Below are positions 48,604 to 62,370 of a DNA stretch of 64,000 nt, in pieces. Every line of letters begins with the position of its first letter. Position 1 is the first letter of the stretch. The DNA comes from Octopus vulgaris (Eukaryota): NCBI GenBank assembly GCA_951406725.2, contig OX597815.1:104346001-104410000 (forward strand), written 5' to 3'. A model generated the notes under the pieces. It saw only the letters and a list, made by a program, of their open reading frames with translations. It was not told the DNA's origin and did not search any database. A program made the translations under genes and the position numbers.

Positions 48604-48662
48604 GATAATAATATCTGTATGAATATTCATTTGAATATTTACTCATTTATATATACATATAT

Positions 48663-48835
48663 ATACTTTATTTAAAGCAGCATGGCATTATTTGACTGGC
48701 TAGCAAAAACTGTCTGATGAACGGCAACGGGAAACTCAGAGTAACAGGTTTTGTTGAATTTTCTGCTGCTTTAAATAAAGCATATTACTCTACCACTGAT
48801 ATTTGAGTACTCTTTTTTCCACCTTGTTTCACATA
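48663..48835. mobile_element. (TA)n-embedded foldback plus tail with hammerhead
   Basis: tactttatttaaagcagca / tgctgctttaaataaagca; same family at 60848-61049. Confidence 0.85.
48706..48752 (+). ncRNA. Minimal type I hammerhead ribozyme
   Basis: aaaactgt-CTGATGA-acggcaacgg-GAAAC-tcaga-GTA-acaggtttt; stem I ctgt/acag; predicted cleavage after 48743. Confidence 0.72.
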
Positions 48836-48861
48836 GCTTATATATATATATATACACACAT

Positions 48862-49268
48862 CAGTTACGGGCTGTCAGTAATTACTAAGGGTAGGCAGTT
48901 GGTGACCTTTAGGTAGTAAAACATACAGAAAATAAGTGAAACACAGGCACGCGACTGAGTTGTAGGCAGATTTACTTCTGCTTTTATAACACATAAAGAA
49001 AACGTTGTTGTAGGAATGTATGCAGCATGTGTACTACAGCAGTATTATGTGTAGCTTAAATACTGAGATTGAAAATTAGGGAAGAATTATGTCTACCTAA
49101 TGTATAAAAAAATAAAATATTTTACATTTTATAAATAGTAATCAGAGTAACCTTCATAATATTATTGAATTAGGTGCGTATTTTGACATGAAAGAAAAAT
49201 GTTGCTATCAATCTAATTTATCCAAGGTAGGCACTGCCTACCTTGCCTACCTAGATGGCACATTCCTG
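48862..49268. mobile_element. Possible MITE with degenerate terminal inverted repeats
   Basis: CAG...ggtaggcag at left and ctgcctacc...CTG at right, between TA/CA microsatellites. Confidence 0.4.
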
Positions 49269-49570
49269 ATATACATATATATAACTTATATGATATATGC
49301 ATGTATCTCTATATGCACATATACATGCATACATGCATTCACATTATGCATACACACATACATATATATATATATATCAAAAGATACATGTATATACATG
49401 TATATGCACACACACGTACATATATATGATTGTGTGTGCATATATAATTTGATATGTATGTATGGTTGCATGTGTGTATGCATACACTAATCAGAAACAG
49501 AAATAAACACCTGACTGATGCTGCAAAAATAATTTAAGATCAAAAACTCAAATCCCAACAGTTTGCTTAC

Positions 49571-49689
49571 ATCAGTCTTGTTAGCCTTGCCTGTTATAAA
49601 GAGGCACCAACAATACTCTTCCAGAAGATGAGACAGTGATGGTGTAGAAACTTTTCTGCTGGATTTAGAATTTTGCTGTTCTGAAGAAA
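49571..49689 (-). CDS. Candidate internal exon of a retinoblastoma-family (RB/p107/p130-like) gene
   Basis: Acceptor gattttcttgcag, donor GTAAGC, one open frame SSEQQNSKSSRKVSTPSLSHLLEEYCWCLFITGKANKTD; CWxLF[VI]xxK[GA]N resembles the pocket-protein N-terminal domain; neighbouring exons not found. Confidence 0.45.
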
Positions 49690-49804
49690 CTGCAAGAAAA
49701 TCATATGCAAACCTGAAGACTTTTTGGTCACTTTGTATATCTGTGTAGATATGTTTGTATGTATACACACATACTGGCATAAAGAATATGGAGATAGAGT
49801 AGAT

Positions 49805-49840
49805 TGATTGATAGATAGATAGACAAATAGATAGATAGAC

Positions 49841-49890
<50 letters not shown>

Positions 49891-49960
49891 GTAGGTAGAT
49901 AGATAGATAGGTAGATAGATAGATTGATAGACACAGTCAGACAGACAGATAGATAAATAA

Positions 49961-50010
<50 letters not shown>
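49805..50010. repeat. (GATA)n/(GA)n compound microsatellite
   Basis: Direct reading. Confidence 0.95.
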
Positions 50011-50016
<6 letters not shown>

Positions 50017-50523
50017 GATTTAACAAGGAAATTGAAGGAGAAATACTTGAAGGGAGAGTGAAAGAACAAGAGATAACAGAATGGAACAAGAATTAGTATA
50101 ACATAAAATAAACTAATTATTAAAGAGAGAAAGAGAGAGAGAGAGAGAATGAATGAAAAACAATTTACATTAATGTAATAATTTAGATTTATCGTTTCAG
50201 AGAAGTAAAAACAAAAATGTGAAAATGAGTTTATCATAAATTTCGACAATAATTTTTTGGGAAATAAATTTAATTTGTGTATTTTTTTATTTTCCTAAAA
50301 AGAAGACATAAGAAAGACATTCATAAATGTTAAAATTTCTTTTATATTTCTTTAATTGAATTACTTTATAAATAAACCATCCAATTCTTGTGAATTCCTT
50401 CTAAACTGAATTATTATTATTTAATAATGAATATTATAAACGTAATCAAAAAAAAAAACCTATCTGAAAAATGTAAAAAAATACAATATAGGTTTTAGTT
50501 TAATGTTATGGAACTGAAACATG

Positions 50524-50524
50524 A

Positions 50525-50560
<36 letters not shown>

Positions 50561-50561
50561 A

Positions 50562-50594
<33 letters not shown>

Positions 50595-50653
50595 CACACA
50601 CACATACAAACATATACGTATATGAGTGTATATATATATATATATACATATAC

Positions 50654-50698
<45 letters not shown>

Positions 50699-50725
50699 CA
50701 CAAATACATACATATATGTGCGTGT

Positions 50726-50758
<33 letters not shown>

Positions 50759-51083
50759 AATAAACACACAAATATATACATGTGTGTGTATATATAACTA
50801 TATATAATTTATATAACAGTTATTGTAATCAACTAAGTAAGCATAATAAATGGTAAACTTTAATCTTATTTATGTCTTTTAATTTTATATATATACATAC
50901 CTACATATATATACATGAGTGTGAGTGTGTAAGTATATGTGTATGTATGTATATATTTTTATGAGCATATTTATATGTTTATATATATATATATACATAC
51001 GTACACATACATTTATATACACGCATATATATTTGCATATATATGTATGTATATATGTATATATATATATATGCATATATGTA

Positions 51084-51130
<47 letters not shown>

Positions 51131-51255
51131 ATATATGTATATTTATATATATAATATTTTACATGTTTCAGTCATTAGACTGCAACCATGCTGGAGTACT
51201 GCTTTGGAGAATTACAGACAAATGTATGAACTCCAGTACTATATATAGAAATATA

Positions 51256-51330
<75 letters not shown>

Positions 51331-51410
51331 ATATATATACATATCGATATACATACTCATATAAACACACATGTGTGCTAGTATATATATATATATTATA
51401 TATCATATAC
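50524..51410. repeat. Extended (TA)n/(CA)n/(TG)n low-complexity region
   Basis: Direct reading; interrupted by a SINE fragment at about 51165-51240. Confidence 0.9.
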
Positions 51411-51900
51411 ATGATATCATTGCCAGTCTAAGTGTTGCCTATTTTATGGTTCAAAGTACAGATTATTGCTGCATTGGTGTGTCATTTATATTTAGCTTCA
51501 GATGATATCTCGTCAATTGTTACATCTAACCATTTTGAAGTATTGTTTGCTCCAGAAGAGAAATCAATTCAGTTTTCTTCTGGATTGGGCAAATATTAAG
51601 ACCTCAGAAAACACACACACACAAAAAAAAAAAAAAATATATATCATCTCTATTCTTGCCACTAGACCTTTGCAACAATTATAAAATCTATTCTGTCCTT
51701 TTCTGAATATGTTTGTCTGAGAGTTTTCATGATTTTCTATTGTTGAGTGATCTTTTACTGAATGTCTACAGAACTAAAACAGGAATTGTGGACATTCCTT
51801 TGTCTACATTCCTTGGTAGGAAAAGAGCAACTCTCACAATAACTCTTTTTCTCTCTCATTCATTGTTCATTCTTTCTCCTCTCACTCCGTTTCTCTCATT

Positions 51901-51965
<65 letters not shown>

Positions 51966-52205
51966 ATACACACACATACATACATACACACTCTTTCCCT
52001 CTCTCTCTCTCATACTCATATTCTTCCTCTCTAAGCAATATCTCTAAAATATAATAGTGTAAAGTGTTAAATTGCAGTGCATTCTTTCACTGGAATAAGA
52101 ATTGATTGGCCTGTGATGAGACATCGCTACATCATACCAACTTCATCAATCTTGGATGTCCTGCAAAGGTAACGAGCATCCTCGTCTGACAAAATAATAG
52201 CCATA

Positions 52206-52210
<5 letters not shown>

Positions 52211-52279
<69 letters not shown>

Positions 52280-52290
52280 GATAATAATAA
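52211..52290. repeat. (AAT)n microsatellite
   Basis: Direct reading; another at 52866-52980. Confidence 0.95.
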
Positions 52291-52888
52291 TATAGTAGTA
52301 ATAATAACAATAAGCTTATACTACATGAAGCACAATGTGATGATCAGTTTTTGTGAGCAATGGCAGCCCTAATTTGTTCTTGGTCAACCTGTTATATCAA
52401 AGATGTAGACCAGATAGTCATTGCTTCTGAATGTCTGTCACATAAACAGTACACACTCACATGCACGCACACATGCACACACACACACATGTATGTGCAC
52501 ACGCATGCACATACACATACATATATAAATATAAATATAATTATTTGCATATATACATACATACAAACGCATATATATATATATAAAAGCTAATGAGGGA
52601 CCTGCTAGAAATCACACCCTACCATCATAAAAAGAAAAGTAGATACTGGATACTATAGTGCTAGACATACAGTGTTTGAAAAAGAAAAGGTTAGGATGGT
52701 CAGAGCTGGAATGTCTTTGATTGCATGTGTGTGTGTGTGTGTGGAGGGTACTCTTATATGTAGCCTGCTCACAACTATGGCCAGGTATTATAACTTTTAT
52801 CATCACAGAAAATAAGGAATTGTGGTCTGTATATACAACATGAATCAGCACAAGGAAAGCAGACATAATAATAATGATGATGATGATG

Positions 52889-52970
<82 letters not shown>

Positions 52971-52989
52971 TAATAATAATTGTTTTTTA

Positions 52990-53100
52990 ATTTAGACACA
53001 AGGCCAGGCTTTTGAGGTTTAGTCAATTACAGTGATTCCATTACTTGACTGGTACTTTATTTCATCAACACCGAAGTGATAAAAGGCAAAGTTGATCAAG
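52990..53100 (-). mobile_element. Degraded 3' part of the Meta-like SINE
   Basis: gacacaaggcc...actggtactt...aaaaggcaaagttga. Confidence 0.6.
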
Positions 53101-53334
53101 ATCATAACTGAAAACTAGTACAGATATACATGCATACACACACACACACATATATGTATGTATGCATGTATATATGCATACATGCATGCATATATGCATA
53201 TGTATACATGTATACATATGCATATATGCATGCATGTATGTATGTATGTATGTATGTATATATGTATACATATGCATATATGCATGTATGTATGTATTTA
53301 TCCTTCTATCTATCTATATCTCTCTCTATATATA

Positions 53335-53365
<31 letters not shown>

Positions 53366-53383
53366 GTACGTATGTATAATGTG

Positions 53384-53451
<68 letters not shown>

Positions 53452-54404
53452 GTATTTGTTATGGGTATAGTTGTTAAGGTAGAGATGATGCTTTGAAAAA
53501 GCTGCCAAAAATGTATTGTTATCAAAAGTGAAATGTAAAAATAACTCTCTAGCCTGGAATTCTAGAGTCCATGAGTAGTAAAGAAGTGGAGAAATGGGAT
53601 AATTGGAGAGGGTTCTTTCTGTTAAAAGGTGAACAAATTTAAAGGATGTGTTAAAGAATGTAGAAGGTTTAACTAGGTAGGTTAAGATACTAAAGATTAA
53701 TTAAGCTCCATGTGATGTACAAGGAATTGTGTAGGTGGATTGGAAACCTGACAGTAGTGCTGCTTATGGAGGTAGAAATATAGAAGGGAAACAAAAGAAA
53801 GGAAATTAATCAAAAGGACTATTAGTAATAAAAGAAGCTAAAAGGAGACCAGTGCTGGTCTTCTTTATTGGTATAGAGACTTTCCTGTCATACATAGTTC
53901 CTATGTTAATGACAATGCTTCAAAAACTCAAAACTTATTGATATTGAAAATTGAAAAATAAATAAATTTCTTCAGTTTTGAAGTTAGAAATGACTGAACA
54001 GTGAAAGGAAAAGGTAATAGTAAAAAGTGATAAGGAAAAGTAAGAGTGACTGGTTAGGGCTTTTTCGATCATTATCGTTACCTTAAGAACACTACCCACC
54101 ACTATTTGTATTTCAATCTTATCATTTTATTTATTACATAATAGATTTTAAAAAATTTACTATCTTTATTATTAATATCGTTATTATGTTTAAAGTTTTT
54201 CACTATTTTAGTTTTTACATGTACTATTATTACTATATCAAAAAAAACAATAATAATGATTTCTTTTATTATTAACAGTCTAATCTGTTGAGTGTATATG
54301 AATAATAATAATGATAATGATTTGTTTTATTATTATTTTTCGTTTTCCCCTATGTACTGATCCTTGCTCCTCCAATAACTATATTTACTGTATACATATT
54401 GTTC

Positions 54405-54672
54405 ATTGGCTCCTGTGCTGGTGGCACATAAAAACCACCATTTGAGCATGGTCAATGCCAGTGTTGTCTGACTGGCCCCCATGCCAGTGGCATGTAAAAA
54501 GCACCCACTACACTCTTGGAATGGTTGGCGTTGGGAAGGGCATTCAGCTATAGAAAACTTGCCAGATCAGATTGGAGCCTGGTGCAGCCTCCAGGCTTGC
54601 CACTCCTCAATCAAAGTGTCCAATGCATGCCAGCATGGAAAGCAGACGTTAAATGATGATCATCATCATCAT
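54405..54672 (+). mobile_element. RTE-type 3' module
   Basis: Two gtgcNNgtggca units, ggttggcgttgggaagggcat, gacgttaaatgatgat. Confidence 0.85.
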
Positions 54673-54849
54673 CTTTCCACATATCTATCAATATTCTCTG
54701 AAGAGATGAGCATCACAACATCTGGCCATGTTGAAAAAAATAAAGAGCAATAAACATGAAGCAACTTTACTCTGTTTATAACACTGACTTCTTTCTTATG
54801 GTTTACAATGATAACCTGATCAAGATCTGTCTCTTTGTATGTAAGCATG

Positions 54850-54894
<45 letters not shown>

Positions 54895-55971
54895 CTTTTT
54901 CTGTCTATTTATCTATCTATCTTTTTCTCTTTCTCCCTCTCTCTTTCTCTTTCTCTCTCCCCACCTATTTACATACACACTCACACACATACACACACAC
55001 ACCTGAAGCTATAGGCTATCATTTTTGAGTTTTCATATGTAAATATTTCATCAGATAGCAACTATGGTGAAATAAAACAAGTGTAAATACACATTGATAG
55101 TCCCATTAACTGAACAACACCTCATAATGTTACCATGTGGTATAATTCAGCAAATATGTAAGGGCTTGTAGTGAAAATAATTTTCACAATCAAAAGGATG
55201 AATCACTATGAATGGGTGTTTAATAAAAATTAATAAAATGCACAGTAATTTAATAAATAACTTATTAAGAGGATAAACAAATAATTAATTAAATAACTAA
55301 ATGGATGAATGAATATTGAAATAGTCAAGTAAATGAATATGTGGTTGACTTATCAGTTAGTTTTATAACTGAACAATTCGTTAATAGTAATTAATTAATT
55401 AATTAATAAGTGATATAGGAAAATGTTGGAAATATACTAGGGCAACACATGATGAGCTATGAATATTTGTTAAGGATATATCAAGACAATATTCACTGGA
55501 AGTAGAGGTAATTAGTAAGTAATAGGGGACATACTTGAAGATACTTAGCATTACATGACATTACATAATAGGTAACGATACATAAAACAGAATTAAATTG
55601 AATGATTTATATCAATCAGCAATAATTTTTCTATGTAGTAAACTCTGTAATTTGTTATATACCCATAGTGTGAGCATGAGCACAAACATGAGGGTGATGT
55701 TATTGGGTTGTAATTGATTGCCTAGGTGGAGGTATGTAGATATGTAACTGTACATTGCCTTAGTTAAATCTTGCAATATGAATTTGAAAGTTCAGTTGAA
55801 AGCTGATGTATGAAGCCTATGGATTCAGGAATAGGTTTGATAGATTTGAGGATAAAAATATGAAACTAAGAGCCAAATATCCTCCCTGTTGCAACCCAAT
55901 GCATTCATAACATTAACAAGAATGCATAAACTTGAATTAACAAAGTTCATTGAAAGAAATAAGGTAACTTT

Positions 55972-56032
<61 letters not shown>

Positions 56033-57205
56033 ACACACACACACATTACTATATTTGATCCAGATTCTACAGGTCTGAAAGCAAAAGTACCTTGGATATT
56101 GAAACCTGTTAGTTAAATAGTCTAAGGGTTTTTTTTTCCTTTTCTTTTGTTTTTTATCTCAGTTTAGGATTCAAATACTGCAGGTTTGAGTTTAATTTCA
56201 AGTTAGATATAAAAAAAATTAATTGTAACGATATTATGAGATGCTGTTGACAAAGTAACTGATCCACATGTGCCAACTCATCCATTCATCAAGATGGCCA
56301 TATCTAAATGCTCTGACCAACCTGTGGCTGTAGGTACATTATCAAGTCTCATATTAGGCACAGTGTATCTCCTCATTGATTGTTTGATACTAATCCATAT
56401 GTATGCAACTAATTGTATGTAATTAGCTGCTCTGTGAAAAGAGGAGAATAAAGAAGAATGGTTAAGGTGTATTTCCTCATTATCTGCATGTAATTGATCC
56501 ACTTGAATATGGCCAATCCTCTCAGTGAAGGAGGTATGAAACAAAGGAATACAAATGAAGTGAAAAGTAGTTTGTTGCATATATTCTATTTCAGGCATCA
56601 GTTTTTCTAGTTGTGGGGCCTGGGTGGGTAAGTTCAGGTATTTAATCAATTTGTTTTTGGAGTGTATCTAGAAATGGGACATGATTAAAAGATTGTAATC
56701 TTCTTCTTCTTATTATTATTATAATTTTAATTTTAATTATTATTATTATTGTTGTTGTTGTTATTTTTTTTTGTATGCAAACAAAGAAAATATTTCCTCC
56801 TTTCTATTCAGGATATTAACAGGCTAATTGTGAGGGTTTAATAAAATTTATTCATATAATGATCTTTTTAATCAATTATTTTTTTAATTACCAACAATTT
56901 TGATCCTTTTTATTAAGCACCCACAGTTAGCCATCCTCCAAGATACCTCCTGCCCAGTACCATTTCTATTATCCAACTCCCACTCCCAACACAATTTTGT
57001 TGTATTGTAATTTATGCAATGTAAACTTCAGTTATATTACTCCTATCATATAATATTCTATGTTTGTTAATTTATTGGTTTTTCTCTTTTATTCTTTTAT
57101 CTCCCATTGATTACAACCTGGGAGTTATTCCTCGCTTCAACATTTAGAATGTTTTTGATGAATTACATCCTACTTCACAAATTAATCATGCAAAACTTTG
57201 TTTAA

Positions 57206-57404
57206 CCCTCTAGTATTTAAACCAGCTACGTCTGGCCAAAACAAGCTACCTGTTTTATGATCAAACTGGCCAGATCTGGTTTCTTACATCTACCCTAAAA
57301 TGTCATTCAAAAAAATTAACAGTTACAAGATAATGCATGATTAATTCAAAACAATGTGAAGAAATAAGTATTACTTTTGACAGAATAATGTGAATGCTAA
57401 AGGG
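57206..57404. mobile_element. piggyBac-type MITE
   Basis: TTAA-CCCTCTAG ... CTAAAGGG-TTAA with TTAA duplication at 57202-57205 and 57405-57408. Confidence 0.75.
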
Positions 57405-57435
57405 TTAACCAATGGGATGTGTGTTCTTCTACCAA

Positions 57436-57490
<55 letters not shown>

Positions 57491-57514
57491 GTTATTGTTT
57501 TGTCATGCTATAGA

Positions 57515-57560
57515 TAGCATCTGATGAAATGCTTACATGGAGAAACTTAAGTGACAGCTA
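57515..57560 (+). ncRNA. Degenerate hammerhead relic next to (TA)n
   Basis: tagcat-CTGATGA-aatgcttacatgga-GAAAC-TTAA-GTG-acagcta; the GUG triplet is non-canonical; related relic on the minus strand at 55015-55059. Confidence 0.5.
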
Positions 57561-57667
57561 AATAAATTAGTAATATTCGAGAGTCTGTATTGAGTGCTTT
57601 ATTGTGTTTGTTGTTACAAACAAACACTGACAGATATGTATATGTATGTGTGTATACGTATGTATGT

Positions 57668-57960
57668 GGTGAAGGTGTGTGGCTTTGTGATTAGGGCATT
57701 TGGCTTCCTGGAGGTGCATTGTGTTCTTGAGGTAGACACTTCATTTCACATGGTTCCAGTCTGTTCAGCTGGTAAAAATGAGTTTGTACCTATAATTCAA
57801 AGAGCCTGCCTTGTCACATTCTGTGTCAGGCTGAATCTCCAAGAGAACTACATTTGGGGTAGGCACGTCTGTGGATTGCTCAACCATTTGCATGTTAATT
57901 TCATGAGCAGGCTGTTCTGTGAATCAGATCAGCTAGAACTCTCATTGTTGTGACCAATTA
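57668..57960 (+). mobile_element. Degraded tRNA-derived SINE
   Basis: gtgaaggtgtgtggct head and cttgaggtagacacttcatttcac CORE-like segment. Confidence 0.55.
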
Positions 57961-58890
57961 GAGTATCAATATGCATACATATATATATATATATATATAT
58001 GTACATGGATGTAAGTGTGTGTGTGTGTGTGTGTGTGTGTGTATCGATATATAGATAAGTGCACATATTTATATGAATGAGCATGTGTATGCATATTTAT
58101 ATTTTAATGTTTACTTTTATACTTTCATCAAAGGTAAGTCCCTGATAATTAATACACACATTTAGCTATGACAGTGAGTACTTTGAATAATAAAGCACTA
58201 AATCATAAATAAACCACAAAAATCTTATTAAATACCAAATTGAAGTATTGAACTTTCAATTGAAGTATCCTTGGCTTTATCTAATTTTGGATAATTTCTT
58301 TACACCACAAGAGAATTTTAAAGATAAGTTGGAGGCTAACTTAACACTTATTCCTTAGACAATCAATAAACAACCATTAATAGATTAAACTAATGTAGAT
58401 TGATTTTATGCTGCATTTACAAAATAACAGTAGATAAAAACAAAATCTATTTTGAATCTGAGAATGAAGGCAACAGTTACACTCTTATACAGGCACACAC
58501 ATATATTCACAAACACTCACATACACACAAACACCCACATAAACAAAAACATTCTAGGTCAAGAGCCAACAAGGGAGCCTTTACATTGTTACATGGCCTG
58601 CTGCGAATGGTAGCAAAATTCTTGTCAAATCTTGTCATTTAAAAAAGCAAATAAAAATTAAATTTGAATAATTTAGTTCTAATTATACAATGTTTGTAAC
58701 AAAAAAAAAATGAAGGATGGTCTGGTCATGGCTGAAACATCACTGACCATAGGGCTAACCAGGAATTCAATAAGAACAACAACAATAATAATATACATCA
58801 GCAACCCTATCTTGCCAAAAGCTTCCCTCACTAACCTGCTCTAACATCTAACCCTCTGATGTGATATAACCTCTCCTTCACTCTCTCTTG

Positions 58891-58892
<2 letters not shown>

Positions 58893-58955
<63 letters not shown>
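58893..58955. repeat. (ACT)n microsatellite
   Basis: Direct reading. Confidence 0.95.
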
Positions 58956-58956
<1 letters not shown>

Positions 58957-59927
58957 ATAAAACAGTTACTCTTCTCATAAATCATAACCTGTGTACTTCT
59001 AGTCATTCTCTGCGCAACCCAATCACAATATAATAGCTTCACCTAAAGCCTTTTCAAATTTTCTTTACTGTTGTTTCACTCAGCCATGTGCTAAACATGT
59101 TGGCAAACACTTTCTCCATATAGATACAGATACTGAGAACTTTGAAGCTAAAGAAGAAGTGTTTGTGCAGTCACTAGACCTACTTGAAAAAGTAGCCAGA
59201 GCTCCCTCAAATTGCACCCTAGTATTTTAAATTAAGACAGATACATTGGATAATGTAGACCCAAAAGGTATTGGTTATGGTACAAAAACTTTGATCGTAG
59301 GTCTGTCCTATCTATCAAGGCTGTTTGAGGATAATTAACATCAACAATAAGGAAAATCTCACAAAAGTTCCATCAATATTATCATCAACTTTATTGCCAT
59401 CATCAGTACACTGACATAATAGCAACACTAATTATATTCCAAGTTCAAAGGAAACCTGTTTATCATTGTTTAGCCCCAGGTTATCACTGATCCAGATCTT
59501 TGATCAAAAGTGTTCTAACCATAATCATTTTCCATTTTTATTTATCTAAAACGACTTTGTCCTATGTCTTGTTAAGGCAGTAGGTATGATCTGACTGCTA
59601 TTTCTATTATGAACAATCTCATATAGGCTCCTTCTTCATGTAAATGCTATTACTACACTGTGTAGTGATTGCAATGAGAATAACTTGAAATGTTCTAACA
59701 AACAATTCATTCACTTCTTTCATTTCCTTACAAGTTTCAGCCATTGGACTGTAGCCGCCTTCAAAAGCCTAAGGGGATTATATTGATTTTAGTTCTTTGA
59801 TATATTTTTTATATGAAAGACAAAGCGGAAAGTATTGTTAAGGGGAGGTATCTCAATCAGACATTAATACCTCGGAGTATTTGTTTGAAACAAAATGTAC
59901 TGGTTCTCCATGTTGTTACATGTGCAC

Positions 59928-59968
<41 letters not shown>

Positions 59969-60295
59969 CTCTCTCTCTCTCTCACATATATATAAATCAA
60001 AGTGTACAGTATTATAGACCCATTACAACTGATCTTATCAATCGGCTTCATATGGGATATTAGATAAATGGATGATTATCTAATAAGCATGCTCTTCAAA
60101 AATAGCAAGGATGGGAAAAAATGGTGACTACTCTCTCTTTCCATACCTACCATCATCAAAGAGCATATTTATTACATAATTGTCCATTTATCTAATATCT
60201 AGTACAAAACCAATTGGCAAGATTGTGTGTAATGAATCTCTAATACTGTATACTTTGATGTATATATCACTCTTAACAAATATACAAGTGGTGAG

Positions 60296-60343
<48 letters not shown>

Positions 60344-60446
60344 AACATATGTATATATATATATACACATATATATATATATACATATATATATATATGT
60401 ATGTATATATATATACACATGCATATATATATATGTATATATATAT

Positions 60447-60489
<43 letters not shown>

Positions 60490-60669
60490 TGTGTGTGTAT
60501 ATATACATACATGCATAAATACATACATACATATATGTATATTTATAGATGTGTGTATGTGTGCATGTGTGTGTGTGTTGTGTGTGTAAGGGTGAGATCC
60601 AAGGATCAAGGTGTAGGAAGTTAGTGAGCTTTAGGCAATCTGTAGAAGATATAAAACATCATACAATCA

Positions 60670-60801
60670 AGGTGTCTTTGTCCCGAAGAGTAGCTTGTGG
60701 TCTACTCTTCATTTGGACAATTTACTACTTCCAATGTTCTGCAAGCTATGGAACATATGTAACCTAGATCTTATCTACTCTATTCCGTTATTTTTTGAAT
60801 T

Positions 60802-60805
<4 letters not shown>
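60670..60805 (+). mobile_element. Degenerate copy of the 63168-63640 hammerhead repeat
   Basis: ccgaagagtagc...gctatggaacatatgtaacctagatcttatctactc, then (TA)n. Confidence 0.7.
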
Positions 60806-60847
<42 letters not shown>

Positions 60848-60850
<3 letters not shown>

Positions 60851-61047
60851 TTTATTTAAAATCAGCAGAAATATAACAAAAGTTGTTACTCAGAGTTTCA
60901 CGTTCCCTGTCCAACGAACGGGAATGTCGGATCTAAGTACCAGCTTTTGTTATATTTCTGCTGCTTTTAAATAAAGCATATTACTCTACCTCAGGTATTT
61001 GAGTACTCTTTTTTTCCATCTTGTTTCACATTTATGTGCTTACTCCA

Positions 61048-61049
<2 letters not shown>
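60848..61049. mobile_element. (TA)n-embedded foldback plus tail (family of 48663-48835)
   Basis: tactttatttaaaatcagcagaaatataacaaaag / cttttgttatatttctgctgcttttaaataaagca; shared tail tattactctacc...tttgagtactctttttt. Confidence 0.88.
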
Positions 61050-61123
<74 letters not shown>

Positions 61124-61324
61124 GTATATGCCTCATTTTTCTTAATATACAACATCTATACATCATACATACATACATATATACATACATGTATATATAC
61201 ATATATATATAGATATTGTTAACAAGAATTTTATAAACATTTGAGAGGGTGGGTAATAACTCATTTTGGAATATCTCAAAGCACACACATAAAGCTATAA
61301 ATAATAGTGTATAAATGTTAGGCT

Positions 61325-61563
61325 GAACAAACTGCCAGCATCAGTTGTTAGTTGTCGGAGCACTGCATCCTTCAAAACTTCCATGCTTCTTGAGATTTGC
61401 CAACACCACCCCTGATTTTCTCGCCTTCATACACACACAAGCATGTATCTAACTCATACACTGTTCACTTTGCAGACAATTCTACATTGCTGCATATGCT
61501 TTATACACACTTTTGACAAGTTGTAGTGCACCTGAGCACTGTATACAACAATTTCATTATTAT
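61325..61563 (+). mobile_element. 3' end of CR1 LINE
   Basis: Near-identical to 36625-36865. Confidence 0.92.
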
Positions 61564-62000
61564 TGTAAAATCCCTTTTGGATAGGAAAAGACACAATTTG
61601 CATCTACCAATTTCACTGATAAGGTACATGCTTCAAATGAAATGGCAATGAAATCAAGCCCCAAAGCATGTTCTTAGAAAGCAAACTCCTTAACAATTAT
61701 ACATGCACACATTTATCATTCATGTTATTGCTGCTGTTTCTTATTGTTTTGGCTTCATTTTAACAAAAAGTATTTTCATTTATAGTTTTATCACTTTCAG
61801 TTATAGGAGTCTGGACATACTGGAACTCTAAAAGTTTTAGTTATTTATATCAACACCAGTAGTTTCTGTGGTATTTATTTGGTCATCAGCATAAGGAGGA
61901 CTGATGAATCAGCCTTGGCAGAATGGATTAGAATTGTAATGCAACAAAATAACAAGGTGTTGTTTGATGTGTTGGTTCTACCAGTGATACACACACGCAT

Positions 62001-62060
<60 letters not shown>

Positions 62061-62104
62061 ACAGAGAAAGGCATATACTTTAACTTTTCAACACCTAGTA
62101 TTAA

Positions 62105-62370
62105 GCCAACTCTCTCACTACTTCGGTGCCACTCATTCAAAGTGGATCTTAGTCTTGCAAGTTACATGACAACTTCACTAGTGCTGGTGGCATGCAAAAA
62201 CGCACCCAGTACACATTGTAAAGTGGTTGGCATTAGGAAGAGTATCCAGTTGTAGAAACCATGCCAAAGTAGACACTGGAGCATGATGCAGTCCTCAGAC
62301 CCACTGGATCCTGTGAAACCATACAACTGATGCCAGCATGGAAGACAGATGTTAAAAGATTATGATGATG
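62105..62370 (+). mobile_element. SINE/LINE 3' module
   Basis: gtggttggcattaggaagagtatccag...gccagcatggaagacagatgttaaa...tgatgatg. Confidence 0.8.

Noticed and set aside
52078-52190. Possible small exons on either strand (HSFTGIRIDWPVMRHRY on plus; EDARYLCRTSKIDEV on minus)
   Set aside because: Splice-like signals are present but there is no reliable homology; cannot be distinguished from chance
54690-54755. CTGAAGA...GAAA followed by agagcaataaa
   Set aside because: Stem III is absent; at best a very decayed relic
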